From contig OZ241326.1 in assembly GCA_965199855.1 (NCBI GenBank), positions 2,624,001 through 2,688,000 of the forward strand: a stretch of 64,000 nucleotides of DNA. The letters are read 5' to 3'. Origin of the DNA: a bacterium (GTDB lineage Bacteria > UBA8248). The translations under genes were made by a program, and so were the position numbers. Below the pieces are notes generated by a model. That model did not search any database. It saw only the letters and a program-made list of their open reading frames with translations, and was not told where the DNA came from. Positions within the stretch are counted from its first letter, which is position 1. Each line of letters opens with the position of its first letter. Positions 39,092 to 51,900 of the stretch are shown here, in pieces.

Positions 39092-40114
39092 CTACGCCAG
39101 CTCGGCCTTGAGCGGCCTCGACATGAGGGCGCGCAAGGCGTCCTGGGGCTTGCGCCCCTCGAAGAGGACGGCGCGCGTCTCCCGGCAGATCGGCATCTCC
39201 ACGCCGAACTTCTCCGCCAGCCCCACGGCGGCGGGCGCGGTGGAGACGCCCTCGGCGACGGCCGTCATGGATTCGAGGATTTCCTCCAGAGGCTCGCCGC
39301 GCCCCAGCCGCAGCCCGACGGTTCTGTTCCGGCTCAGATCGCCCGCGCAGGTGAGCGTCAGATCGCCCATTCCCGAGAGGCCGGCGAACGTCTCCGCGCG
39401 CGCGCCCATCGCCGCGCCCAGCCGCCCGATTTCCGCCAGGCCGCGCACGATGAGCGCCGCCCGCGCGTTGTGGCCGAGCTCCAGGCCGTCCGCCACGCCA
39501 GCCGCCAGCGCGATGACGTTCTTGAGCGCCCCGCCGAGCTGCGCGCCCGTGGGGTCGCCGCTCGCGTAGATTCGAAAGCAGGGCGCGGAGAGCGCCTTCT
39601 GAATCGCCTCCGCCGCGCCGGAATCCCCGGACGCCGCCGTGATGGCCGCGGGCTTTCTCTCCGCGAGCTCCCGGGCGAAGGTGGGCCCCGAGAGACAGAC
39701 GAGCGCCCGACGCCCGACGCCCGCCTCATCGAGGCATTGCGCGATCACCTGGGTGGGCAGGAGCAGGGCGTCCTCCTCCACCCCCTTGGTGGCGCTGACG
39801 AGAATCGTCTCCTCGTGCAGCGCGGGCGCGAGCCTCCGCCACACCCCCCGCATCGCGCGGCTCGGCATGACGCCCGCGAGAACGTCCTGGCCCGCCGAGG
39901 CGGCCTCCGCGAGATCGGAGGTGAACCGCAAATTTTCATGCAGGGCGACGCCGGGGAGATAGAGGTCGTTCTCGCGGCGCGAGGCCATGCGGGCGCGAAG
40001 ATCGGCCTCGAAGACCCAGAGGGTCACCTCGTGGCCGCTTTCCGCGAACAGGTCCGCCAGCGCCGTCCCCCAGGCGCCGGCGCCGATGACGGCGACGCGC
40101 TGCGGCGTCATCAT
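39092..40114 (-). CDS. gpsA: NAD(P)H-dependent glycerol-3-phosphate dehydrogenase
   Basis: GAGAWGTALA, ATKG, GGALKNVIA, GDLTLTC, SRN; ATG at 40114. Confidence 0.95.
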   Translation of the reverse strand: MMTPQRVAVIGAGAWGTALADLFAESGHEVTLWVFEADLRARMASRRENDLYLPGVALHENLRFTSDLAEAASAGQDVLAGVMPSRAMRGVWRRLAPALHEETILVSATKGVEEDALLLPTQVIAQCLDEAGVGRRALVCLSGPTFARELAERKPAAITAASGDSGAAEAIQKALSAPCFRIYASGDPTGAQLGGALKNVIALAAGVADGLELGHNARAALIVRGLAEIGRLGAAMGARAETFAGLSGMGDLTLTCAGDLSRNRTVGLRLGRGEPLEEILESMTAVAEGVSTAPAAVGLAEKFGVEMPICRETRAVLFEGRKPQDALRALMSRPLKAELA

Positions 40115-40689
40115 CCCGCGCGGCGCGGCTTTCGCTTCGCCGGCTTTTTCGCGGAGGCGAACTTCGCGGCCGCCCTCTTCTCCGCCAGCGCCCGCCTGCG
40201 CGCCGCCTCGCCTCGGGCGGCGGCCTTTTCGCCGGCCGCCGTGTTCGCCTCCCACTTCAGCCTGTGCCTGAGGTGCTTCTCCTCCTCCCACTCGTGCTGC
40301 GTCCCCTCGCCCATGAACACGACGAACACCTCGCAGCCGTCGGGGTATTCATAGGGGCCGTGCGGCAGGTCCCACCCGAACACGTAGTCGCCCGGCCGCA
40401 AATCCTTGCCCGCCACGCACATTCTGCCCTTCGTGACGAGAATCGAATGCCAGCTTCCGTGCGTGTGCCGGGGCTCCACGTAGCCCTTGGGAAACTTCAC
40501 CTTCATGTCGATGCGCTTCATCACCGGATCGTGGGCGAAAATCTTCACCTTCACCCCCTTGGGCAGGGTGAGGAGATCGCCGCTCACGTCCTCGCGCCAC
40601 TCGACCTCCCCGTCGTGGATGGCGCGGAAGCGGTGGTCGAAATCCTTGGCCGCGGTCTTCTTTCTGGTCGTCGTCTTCTTCGCCGGCAT
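40111..40689 (-). CDS. Cupin-domain protein with basic Lys/Ala/Arg-rich termini
   Basis: PRHTH...GDYV...PHGP cupin motifs; SD GGAG; ATGA overlap with gpsA. Confidence 0.75.
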   Translation of the reverse strand: MPAKKTTTRKKTAAKDFDHRFRAIHDGEVEWREDVSGDLLTLPKGVKVKIFAHDPVMKRIDMKVKFPKGYVEPRHTHGSWHSILVTKGRMCVAGKDLRPGDYVFGWDLPHGPYEYPDGCEVFVVFMGEGTQHEWEEEKHLRHRLKWEANTAAGEKAAARGEAARRRALAEKRAAAKFASAKKPAKRKPRRAG

Positions 40690-40863
40690 GTTTTCTCTCC
40701 ATGAAAGCGCCTGAGAAATTCACGATGCGGACGCCTCGCCCGCGCGGTCTCCCTCGAAAACCCTGAAAAGCAATTCCCCCCGGCCGCGCGAGTCCCCGAA
40801 CGGACGCCTCCACGGCGCTCCCCCGCCCCGGCCTCCGGAAGCGCGTTGTCTGAAAAGGCGCGC

Positions 40864-41553
40864 CTATTCGTTCAGCGCGAAAATCCGGGAGGCGACCTCG
40901 CGGCCCAGCGTATGCCTGTCGCCGTTCACCAGCAGCGTCACCGTGCCCGCGAGGGGCGACTGTTCAATGACTTCGATGGGCGTTTCGGGGAAGAAGCCGC
41001 GCTCGCCCAGGTGCCGCAGGACGGCCGGATCGTCCTGGAGGACGCGGGTGATCTTCGTGGGGCGGCCCGCCTCAAGAGCGACGAGGACGATTTCCTTCGT
41101 GTCGATGATGACGCCGTCCTTCGCGGGGATGGGGTCGCCGTGGGGGTCGAGGGTGGGGTAGCCCAGCTCCTTGTCCAGGACGGCCTCCAGCTCCTCGCTC
41201 AGGACGTGCTCGAGCTCCTCGGCCTCCGCGTCCACCTTGTCCCAGTCGATCCCCATCTTCTGGTTCAGATACAATTCGAGCAGGCGGTGATGCCGGATGA
41301 TCTCCAGGGCGACCTTCTCGCCCCTCCTGCTCAGGACGACGCCCTTATACGGCGTGTAGGCGAGCAGGCCCATCTGGTCGAGCTTCTTGATCATGCTCGT
41401 CGCCGAGGCGCCCGAGATGGCCATGCGCCCGGCGATGGCGCTCGTCGAGACGGGGGAGGCCTCCTGCTGCAGCTTGAAGATGTTTTTCAGATAATCCTCG
41501 ATCTGCTTGCTCAGGCGCAGCGTCGATTCGGGCAAGGGAGCGTCCCCCGTCAT
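40864..41553 (-). CDS. DtxR/MntR-family metal-dependent repressor with FeoA-like C-terminus
   Basis: EDYLKNI, RHHRLLELYL, AEELEH, DPHGDPIP. Confidence 0.93.
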   Translation of the reverse strand: MTGDAPLPESTLRLSKQIEDYLKNIFKLQQEASPVSTSAIAGRMAISGASATSMIKKLDQMGLLAYTPYKGVVLSRRGEKVALEIIRHHRLLELYLNQKMGIDWDKVDAEAEELEHVLSEELEAVLDKELGYPTLDPHGDPIPAKDGVIIDTKEIVLVALEAGRPTKITRVLQDDPAVLRHLGERGFFPETPIEVIEQSPLAGTVTLLVNGDRHTLGREVASRIFALNE

Positions 41554-41576
41554 CCGCGCGAAGAAAAATGAGGGCG

Positions 41577-41605
41577 ATCCTAGAAGCGGCGCTTTCGGGT
41601 GTCAA
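41577..41605 (-). promoter_or_regulatory. Sigma70 promoter of the DtxR-family gene
   Basis: TTGACA-17 nt-TAGGAT. Confidence 0.6.
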
Positions 41606-41630
41606 CCGCCCGAAAGCGCCCTACGGCCGC

Positions 41631-42716
41631 TCATTCGTAGAGGAACCTGGCCTCGATGCGCAGGGGCGCGCGCTTGATGCCCGGAGGCAGAGGCTCGAAG
41701 GGCGCCGCCTTGGTGACGGCGGCCTGCGCCAAGTCGTCCAGAATCTTGGCGCCCGAGGAGCTGGTCACGCGCACCGCCCCCAGCGTCCCGTCCTTTCGCA
41801 GCGCGAAGACCAGCGAGAGGCGCCCCCTGTATCTCTGCGCCTCGACGGGCCATATCCAGGCGCCGTAGATTCTTCTCTTGATGTGGGCGAAGTAGGCGGC
41901 GTATCGGGAATCGCGCGTGTCGAGCGAAACGACCTCCCCCGCTCCCTCCGCCTCACTGTCCGCGCTTCTCTTCGCGATTCTGTCCAGATGCTCATCCGAA
42001 AGGTCGAGGCTGGGCGCGCGGGGCTTTCCCTCGGGCCGCGGCTTCACCCGGAACATCGCCAGCGGATCCGCGGGCGCGGGCGGCCGGGGCGCGGGACGCC
42101 GCGGCCGGGGAGGCGGCCGAAGGGCGGCGACTTTCACCCTCTCTTTCGGCTTTCTCGCGGGCCGGGCCTTCCTTTTCACCCTCGGCGGCTCCTTCCTGAC
42201 GACCCGCCTTCGGGCTTTCTTCCGAACCGCCGGCGCGGGCCTGGCTCTCCTTCGGCGGGGCTTTTTCGCCGCCCTGGGCTTTCGCTTCTCCGACGCCGCC
42301 GAAGGCTTCCGCGCCTTTTCAGGCTCGCGATCGGGCGGGGCGGCGGGCGGAGGCGCGGGCGGAGCGGGAGGCCGCGACTCGGGAGGCGGCAGCGCCGCGA
42401 CCCTGGGGGCGGGCGCGCCCCGGCGGGCGGCAAGCCGCTCCTCGCGCTCGCGTCTCAGACGCGGAGGCTTCGCCGGCGCGCCCGCGCCGCTTTCCTTGCG
42501 GTTGGCGTTCGACAGGAACCGGCTATCGGGATTGGGGGGGCGCTTTTCGGCGGGCTTCTCCTCGACGGACACGACGCGGAATTTCAGGGGCCGGCCCGGC
42601 CGGGGGCGCTCTTTCCACAAAGCCTCGCGGCTGGACGCGGCGAACACCAGCAGGTGCAGCAGCAGCGACGCCAGCAGAAGGGTGAAGGGGAGCCTTTTCG
42701 ACTCGCGTCTCGCCAT
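41631..42716 (-). CDS. TonB/TolA-family energy transducer
   Basis: TM SLLLH, Pro/Lys/Arg-rich linker, TonB_C domain (WIWP...SSG...LDD...AAPF). Confidence 0.85.
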   Translation of the reverse strand: MARRESKRLPFTLLLASLLLHLLVFAASSREALWKERPRPGRPLKFRVVSVEEKPAEKRPPNPDSRFLSNANRKESGAGAPAKPPRLRREREERLAARRGAPAPRVAALPPPESRPPAPPAPPPAAPPDREPEKARKPSAASEKRKPRAAKKPRRRRARPAPAVRKKARRRVVRKEPPRVKRKARPARKPKERVKVAALRPPPRPRRPAPRPPAPADPLAMFRVKPRPEGKPRAPSLDLSDEHLDRIAKRSADSEAEGAGEVVSLDTRDSRYAAYFAHIKRRIYGAWIWPVEAQRYRGRLSLVFALRKDGTLGAVRVTSSSGAKILDDLAQAAVTKAAPFEPLPPGIKRAPLRIEARFLYE

Positions 42717-42848
42717 GAATTTCCCTTTGCCCATCCTCATCCGCGGGAGGGCGAACCGGCGGCCCGATCCGTCGAAAGCGCTCCGTCCCCGCGAATCTTA
42801 GGAGAGGCGCGGCTTCGCTTCAAGGCGCCCCGAAAGCGGACTTCGGCG

Positions 42849-42884
42849 AAAAAAGAGGGGCCTCCCGGAGGAGGCCCCTCTTTT
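42849..42884. terminator. Bidirectional intrinsic terminator after groEL
   Basis: AAAAAAGAGGGGCCTCC-CGGA-GGAGGCCCCTCTTTT. Confidence 0.85.
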
Positions 42885-42904
42885 GAAGCGCGAAGACGAT
42901 CTAT

Positions 42905-44891
<1,987 letters not shown>

Positions 44892-45043
44892 CACTTCCTC
44901 CCTCGCAAAAATGGAGACGTTCCCCCGCATCGGGGGGCCTGACTGAAAACGACCGGAATCCCTCGCGGGCCGCCGAGCGAATCGCCGCCCCGCCTCTTTT
45001 CGCCGCGAATTTATAGGGAAACGAAAACCTTTGTCAAGCAAAA

Positions 45044-45070
45044 TCAGCACTCAATCCGCGCGAGTGCTAA
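45044..45070. promoter_or_regulatory. CIRCE element (HrcA operator)
   Basis: Minus strand TTAGCACTC-N9-GAGTGCTGA, just upstream of TTGACA (45032-45037). Confidence 0.88.
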
Positions 45071-45316
45071 CAATCGAATTTCATCAAGCAATTATTTGAT
45101 TTTCTTCCGATTATTTCCGGGAGGCGAAGCGATCGCGAGGCCGGCGCGAAAAATTTCCTGAAATTTTCACGAAATTCCGGCCCCCTCCCCCCGCGCCTCC
45201 GGGTGACGGGCGCCGATCGATGGGCTATCTTCCTGCGAAGCGCGGCCCGGACATTCCCGCCGGGCGAAGCCGCATTCACCAAGCCCGCAGCGCCAACGCG
45301 AAAGGAGCGTCCCGAA

Positions 45317-46093
45317 ATGCCCTACGAGAACCTGATCGTCGAGAAAGAGCGGGGAATCGCCCTCATCACCATCAACCGCCCCGAGAAGCGAAACGCCCTC
45401 GATCCCCGGACGTGGAGCGAGGTGGACGCCGCCGCGCAGGCGCTCGAAGCGGACGGCGCGGTCCAAGTCCTCATCTTCACGGGCGCGGGGGAGAAATGCT
45501 TCGCCGCAGGCTCGGACATCTCCCGAATCAGGGAGCGGGGCCTCATCGACGGCCTCGCCGCCTCCTCCCAGCGTGCCCTCGCGCGGCTCGAGGCGGTCGA
45601 GAAGCCCACCATCGCCGCCGTCAACGGCTTCGCCCTGGGCGGCGGCTGCGAGCTTTCGATGGCGTGCGACATCCGCATCGCCGGCGAGAACGCCCGGTTC
45701 GGCCAGCCCGAGGTGAGCCTGGGCATCATGCCGGGGGCAGGCGGCACCCAGCGGCTCGCCTCCCTCGTGGGCGCCGGACGGGCGAAGGAGCTGATTCTGA
45801 CGGGCGACGTCATCGACGCGCGCGAGGCGCACCGCATCGGGCTGGTCAACCGGGTCGTCCCGGCGGAGCGGCTACTGGAGGCCGCCCGGGAATGCGCCCG
45901 CAAGATGATGAGCAAGGGCCCCCTGGCGGTGCGCATGGCGAAAATCGCCGTCAACGCGGGCCTCAGGTTCGGCCCCGAGGCCGGCATGATCGCCGAGCGG
46001 CTGGGGCAGGCCTGCCTGATGACGACCGAGGACAAAATCGAGGGAACCTCCGCCTTCCTGGAGAAGCGCGCCGCCGCCTTTCAGGGGAAGTAG
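45317..46093 (+). CDS. Enoyl-CoA hydratase (crotonase-like)
   Basis: FAAGSDI, GGGCEL, FGQPEVSLG (both catalytic Glu). Confidence 0.92.
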   Translation: MPYENLIVEKERGIALITINRPEKRNALDPRTWSEVDAAAQALEADGAVQVLIFTGAGEKCFAAGSDISRIRERGLIDGLAASSQRALARLEAVEKPTIAAVNGFALGGGCELSMACDIRIAGENARFGQPEVSLGIMPGAGGTQRLASLVGAGRAKELILTGDVIDAREAHRIGLVNRVVPAERLLEAARECARKMMSKGPLAVRMAKIAVNAGLRFGPEAGMIAERLGQACLMTTEDKIEGTSAFLEKRAAAFQGK

Positions 46094-46177
46094 AAAGCGC
46101 GCGGGTTCGCCCTCCCGGCGCGCCGCGCGAGAGCGGCGGCCGGCCGCGCCCCGCCGGCTCCCTCGGCGAACGCCCTC

Positions 46178-46468
46178 CTACGACGTCTCGTCATAGGAGA
46201 GGAACGTTACATCCGCCGCCTTGTTCCGTTCGGGAATCAGCGCCTGGTAGGCGTCTGAATCATACCACTTGCCCACCGCCTCCTGGTCGGGGAACTTCAG
46301 GAGGACGAACGTGCTCCCGTCGTGCTCGCCGTTGAGAACCCTCGCGAGCTTTCCGCCCATGACGACCTCGCCGCCGGCGGCGGCGACGATCTTGAGTCCC
46401 CTCTCGGCGTAGCTGTTGAATCCCTCTTCGTCCCTGATCTCGAAGTGCCCGACCACGAATGCGCTCAT
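46178..46468 (-). CDS. DUF1330 domain protein
   Basis: LKFPDQEAVGKWYDSDAYQALIPER; ATG at 46468. Confidence 0.85.
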   Translation of the reverse strand: MSAFVVGHFEIRDEEGFNSYAERGLKIVAAAGGEVVMGGKLARVLNGEHDGSTFVLLKFPDQEAVGKWYDSDAYQALIPERNKAADVTFLSYDETS

Positions 46469-46732
46469 GTTCGCTCCCCCTTCGGAAATGGGCCGCCCGC
46501 CCGAAGCGACCCGGGAAAAGAGAATTTCGTGCCTTGTCCCCGAGCGGTTCAGGGTTCCACAAAAGGGATTCGGAAGCAACGCCGCAAAGCGCGCGGCCTG
46601 AATCGGCCCGTCACGGCCGGCGATTCCGCCGCCGCCTTGTCCCGCCGGGCGATTCCTGCTACATATCCCCTTCCGAAGCGGAAACCCCCTTTCGGGAAGC
46701 ATTCTCACCACTCGCAACGGGAGCGACGCACA

Positions 46733-47347
46733 GTGTCGAATCAGGGAAGCATCCACGAACGCGCGGGCGGGGCGCGGAAGCCGGGGGGCGCGAGGGCGCG
46801 CCGGGCGGCGTTCGGGCGCCGCGCCCTCCTCCTCATGGCCGCCGCGCTTCTGGCGGCGGGCGGCGCGCAGGCCGCGCAGACCCGGAAGCCGAGCGCCTTC
46901 TCGGAGACCTACGGCGACTGGCGGGTGAACTGCGGCGGCGTCCCGGAGAAGGGCGCCCGCCAGTGCGCCATGGAGCAGCAGCTCCACGTCCGCGACGACA
47001 AGACGGGCCGCTCGCACCGCCTGATGATCGTGACGCTGGCGGCGCCCAAGAAGGACGGCGCCGCCGAGCTGAGCGCGCTGACCCCCTTCGGCCTCCTGCT
47101 GGCGAGCGGGGCGAAGCTGCGAATCGACGGGGGCGAGCCCCTCGGCCCGCTCCCCTTCTGGACCTGCCTGCGGCGCGGCTGCGTGCTTCGAGGCCCGCTC
47201 GACCCGGCGAAGATGGCGCTGCTCCGGAAGGGAAAGAAGGTCAAGCTCGAGATGACCACCACCGCGCGGAAGTCTTTCGACGTGACCATCTCGCTCAAGG
47301 GCTTCACGGACGCCTTCGCCCGACTGAAGAACGCCGCCGCGCGCTGA
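46733..47347 (+). CDS. Invasion-associated locus B (IalB) family exported protein
   Basis: Signal peptide; ETYGDWRVNC...CAMEQ...PFGLLL...CLRRGC...SLKGF; start uncertain. Confidence 0.8.
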   Translation: MSNQGSIHERAGGARKPGGARARRAAFGRRALLLMAAALLAAGGAQAAQTRKPSAFSETYGDWRVNCGGVPEKGARQCAMEQQLHVRDDKTGRSHRLMIVTLAAPKKDGAAELSALTPFGLLLASGAKLRIDGGEPLGPLPFWTCLRRGCVLRGPLDPAKMALLRKGKKVKLEMTTTARKSFDVTISLKGFTDAFARLKNAAAR

Positions 47348-47464
47348 GAGGCGGCAATCGCCGTCCCCGCAAACGGAGCGCGAATATGAGCTCCTTAAAG
47401 CGGCGGTGGCGCCGGTTTCGCAAGGCAGGTTCGTGAACCGCCCGTTTTCAGGAAGGGTTCGCAT

Positions 47465-48762
47465 CGTAGGCGGCGGGGCGTTCCCGAACGCCCCCTACGG
47501 GATTATCGCGTCTCGCCGGCGCGGGATATTCATACGGCGGAGACAACCACAAGGGGCTGTCCCTACGCTCCTCCGGTCGGCGCGGAGCAAGTGCGGGCGG
47601 ATGCGCGCAAACGCCGCGGCCTTGCGAAATACCCCCTCCCGGCGCCGCCTGATTCCCATAATCTTTTTATTTTCAATGATTTGGTATTTTTTCGCGCTCC
47701 GAAGGGTCTTGAATTTGTCGAAAAAAGGCGCGAATTTGCGGGATAAAGGCGTGAATTTGTCGGATTTTGTCGAAAACGGGATCGTTTTCATCATGGCGCG
47801 GACGACGCGCGCGCGTCGCGCCTGCGGAACCCGCAATCCGGGGCCGGCGGGACGCGCCTTGACGCCGGCGGGGAAATGACGGATTCCGCAAACCCTCCTC
47901 CTCGCCGGAATTGACGACGCAGGAACGGCGCGGGGCGACAAACGCCCTGACCCACGCCCACGCCTTCGTCATCATCCGCTTCCCGAAGTCCATGCTCGCA
48001 GCCTCCCTCTCGCGGCGGATTCTCGCGCATCCGCGGGAAGACCCCATAACCGCAAATGCGGGCAAATGCGCGATCGATCCCGACGGGGCGGAGGAATCGT
48101 CCCGGCGAGGGCGGTCATAAGCAAAACCCCGGATTCCGGCCTTCGCCGGAATGACGGCGAAAGGTCAACCCCGGCGTCCCTTCGATCTGGTAGAGAATAA
48201 CATCGAGACGGCGGCGAGGGTTTCCCCTCCGGCGCGCGCCGCCGCAAAACCCGTCATTCCGGCGAAGGCCGGAATCCGGAACCGGGGCGCGCGGCGGCAA
48301 ACGGGCGTTCCCGGTCAATCCATGCGCGGGTTCATGGTTTCGTAGGGGCGGCCCCTCCCCGGGGCCGCCCCACAATTCGGGAACCGCCCGTTTTTTTGAC
48401 GACACGGCCCGCCCCCCGGCGATTGTCCGTTTGGTCGGCGCGGGCGGGTCGTTCCCGAACGACCCCTACGGAACGTTCGCGCCCCGGTGGAATGAGAACC
48501 CGGCGAAGGGAAACCACGGGGGTTGTCCCTACGGAGGGCCAAATCGCCGCGCGCGGCGGCATCGCCGGCCCGCAAACGGGGCCCTACGGTCGGATGGCGC
48601 GTAGGGGACGCATTCATGCGTCCCGCCCTTCGTTCGGCGGGGATGCGGGTTTCATGGTTTCGTAGGGGCGGCCCCTCCCCGGGGCCGCCCCACAATTCGG
48701 GAACCGCCCGTTTTGAAGGAAGACAATCAAAACCCTGGATTCCGGCTTTCGCCGGAATGACG
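47465..48762. repeat. Cluster of GTAG-type and CGTC-type REP-like palindromes
   Basis: Several GTAGGG.../...CCCTAC hairpins; GTCATTCCGGCGAAGGCCGGAATCC-type copies at 48131-48156, 48252-48277, 48737-48762. Confidence 0.8.
48331..48714 (+). repeat. 64-bp direct repeat (48331-48394 = 48651-48714)
   Basis: Identical by eye. Confidence 0.9.
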
Positions 48763-48967
48763 GGCGCAGGGGCGGCGTTCGCCGGCGGGGGGATTCCGGG
48801 GCGGCGCGCGGCGGCGGCGGGGTTTTCATGTTTTATGTTTTGCGCAGGCGATTCGATCTACGAACGCGGGGCGGGCGGCTGGCGAGCCGCCCCCGTGAAA
48901 ACAACCGATCCATCGCGCGGACAAGCCGGGCGTCCAGCGGGGTCCGGGAGGGGCCCGGCGGAAAGCC

Positions 48968-51900
48968 TCAGCCCCCGCCCGTGCCGAAGGATTCGTTCTC
49001 GAGGCGGCTTCGCACCTCGCCCAGGGGGCCGACGTCGGCGACGAGGCCGTCCCGGTAGAGAATGACGTCGCGCGGGCGCAGCGGCGCCTTCGCGCCCGGG
49101 AGGATGACGCCCAGCAGGTTCAGCGGGTCGCTCGCGTGGACGATGGTCGGCCTGCCCCGCTTCGGCAGGCGCCTGACGGCGCGCAGGGACTCCACCGCCT
49201 CCGGCAGGGCGAACTGCTCGCCCATGAGGCCCGAGACGAAGCGGCCGCCGCGAATCTCCCCCCTGGCCTCGAGCCGCCGGAAGACGCGGACGAGCTCGCG
49301 CCAGCGCGGGGCGGCGGACTCGCGCGCGGCGAGCTCGCGCACGACCACGCCGTAGCGCCTCAGCAGCTGCCGCGCGAAGGCCTCGCGCCGCGCCTCCGCG
49401 TCGGGCGGGGCGTCTTGCGCCCCCCAGAGCGACCAGCGGCCCACGGGCAGGAACCTCTCTTTCGCCGCGCGCGCGAGCGCCCTGCCTCCCGGCAAGGCGC
49501 GCAGCCTGCGCTCGCCCCGCTTCTTCTCGCTCGCGCCCATGAGGAGGGCGCGCAGGCCCGCCACGCCGTCTCCCGTCACGAGGCCGCGCGCGACGAGCTC
49601 CCAGAGCGCCTCCTCGACCTCCGTCCTGAGCCTGCCGGTCGCCGCCGCGACGTCCGCCAGAAACGAGGCGCCCCGCTCCTCCAGGAAGTCCAGAATCGCG
49701 CGCGCGGCGGGCGAGAGATTCGCCGGCGCCTCCTCGCCGGCGCCCCGGGCATCCACGAGCATCGGCGCGTCCTCTCTCAGCACGAAGGCCAGCAGCGCGC
49801 GGCGGGTGGGCCGCGCGCTCCGGCGGCCGCGCCCGGCCGCCTCTCGCGGCGGGGGCTGCGCGCCCGGCCGCAGGCGTCCCCACGCGAGGACGCCCGAGAG
49901 GCAGAGCTCCTCCAGATCCGCCGGATCGTAATTCCGCACGCGGGCGGGGAGAACCTCCTCCTCCCAGGCGGGGGCGGGCAACTCGAAGCCCTGGAGCTGG
50001 CGAACCGCCTCGAGGACGCCCTCGCGCCCATGCAGCCGGCTCTCCTCGTGGACGCGCTGCCAGCGCAGGAGGCAGCGGATGAAGTCCGCGATCGTGACGG
50101 GTTCGATCTCGCGCCTGAGCTTTCCGAGCGTCCCGCGGTGGATGCGGCCCAGCAGGGCGCGGTCGCACCACTCGACGGGCGCTCCGGGCGAGAGGTCGGC
50201 GAAGCGGCCCCGCAGAACCGTCCCCTCTCCCTCAAGGGCCGCCAGGGCGATTTCCGCGTCTGAAACATCCAGCCCGACGCGGGCGGCGAGCGCCTCCGCG
50301 CTCACGGGCCCCAGAGCCTCCATCCAGCCGCGCGCGAGGGCGAGGCGGGCCTCCTCGCCCGCGGGCGCCTCGTCCGCCTCCCCCCGAACGGGAATTTCCC
50401 GGGGCGCGAGCGCAACGCCCGGAATCGCCGCGCGGAGGAGCGCCATCCGCTCCGCCGGAACGAAGCCCGCCCGCCGCCGCCCGCCGCGCTCCCACGCGGC
50501 GCGCGCCAGCCGGTTCCGCGCGAGAAGCTCCTCCGTCCAGCCCGCCCATTCCCCGGCGGCGTCCTCCTCGGGGAGAACGCACAGGGACAGGAGCGCGTCG
50601 TGCGCCTCGTCCGCGCCGCGCGGGGCGGGCCACGCCTCCCGGCGAACCTCCGCGATGACGGCGGGGTCGAGCCGGGCGCCCTCCGCCCCCTCGGGCAGCG
50701 AGCGCCTGAGCGGCACGGCGCGGGAGCGGCGCTCCTCCAGCGGGGCGTCGTCGATGAAGGCGTAGGGGTTCGCGTTCAGGATTTCGTGGGACATGGGCGA
50801 GGGCGCGGGCGTCTCCACGCAGAACGTACGGACGCTTCCGCTCTCGATGCCGCGGAGGAGCGCGGTCAGGTTCTCGAGGTCCATCGCCTCGGTCAGGCAG
50901 TTCTCGACCGTCTCGTTCACCAGGGGGTGATCGGGCGGCTCGATGGGGCCGTGGTGGTTGTCCCGGCAGGCGAGCTGGGCCGGAAACACCGCCGCCAGCA
51001 AATCCTCCGCGCGCATCCGCTGAATCGCTATCGGCGTCTTCCGCCCCCCGCCGCGCCGGGGCAGGGCGAGGGCGCGCGCGGCGTTCCAGCGCCAGCGGTT
51101 GGCGAACGCGGGCGACTGGAGGGCGGACTGGAGCATGTCCTTGCGCAGCGAGTCCGGCCGCGCGAAGCCGAAGATCGCCTCGAGCGGGAAGCTGTGCTGC
51201 GAGGAGAGCGAGAGGGCGATTCCGTCGTCCGTCGCGGCGGCCTGGAGCTCGAAGTCGAAGGTGAGGCAGAAGCGCTTTCTGAGCGCGTGGCCCCACGCGC
51301 GGTTGACGCGCCCGCCGTAGGGCGAATGGATGACGAGCTGCATCCCGCCCGCCTCGTCGAAGAACCGCTCCGCCACGATTTCGCCCCGGGTGGGCACGCG
51401 CCCCAGCGCCCGCGCCGTCTCGCGCGCGTAGGCGAGGAGCTGCGCCGCCCCCGATTCGCACAGCCCGCACTCGGCGCGCAGCAGGCGCGCCGCCTCGTCC
51501 ACGGCCTCCGGGCGCGCCGCCAGCGCCTCGCGCAGGGAGGAGACGGCCTCGGAGAGCTCCTCCGTTCGCGCGGGCGCCTCGCCCAGCCAGAAGGGGATGG
51601 TGGGGGGAAGCCCCTCCGCGTCCTCCACGCGCACGCGGTCGCGCTCCACCCGCCTGACGCGCCAGGAGTGGTTGCCGAGCAGGAAGACGTCGCCCGCCAT
51701 GGACTCCACGGCGAAGTCCTCGTTCACCCTGCCCACGAAGGTCTCGGCGGCGCCCTCGACCACGTCGTAGTCCGCCGCGTCGGGAATCGCCCCGCCCGAG
51801 GTGATGGCGCACAGCCGCGCCCCGCGCCTCGGCCGCACGAGCGCGTTCACGCGATCCCGGTGCAGCCAGGCGGAGCGCCTGCCCCGGCTGGTGGCGACCC

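Noticed and set aside
48131-48762. Repeated palindromes as a possible CRISPR array
   Set aside because: Mixed orientation, irregular spacing, REP-type tags and no cas genes.
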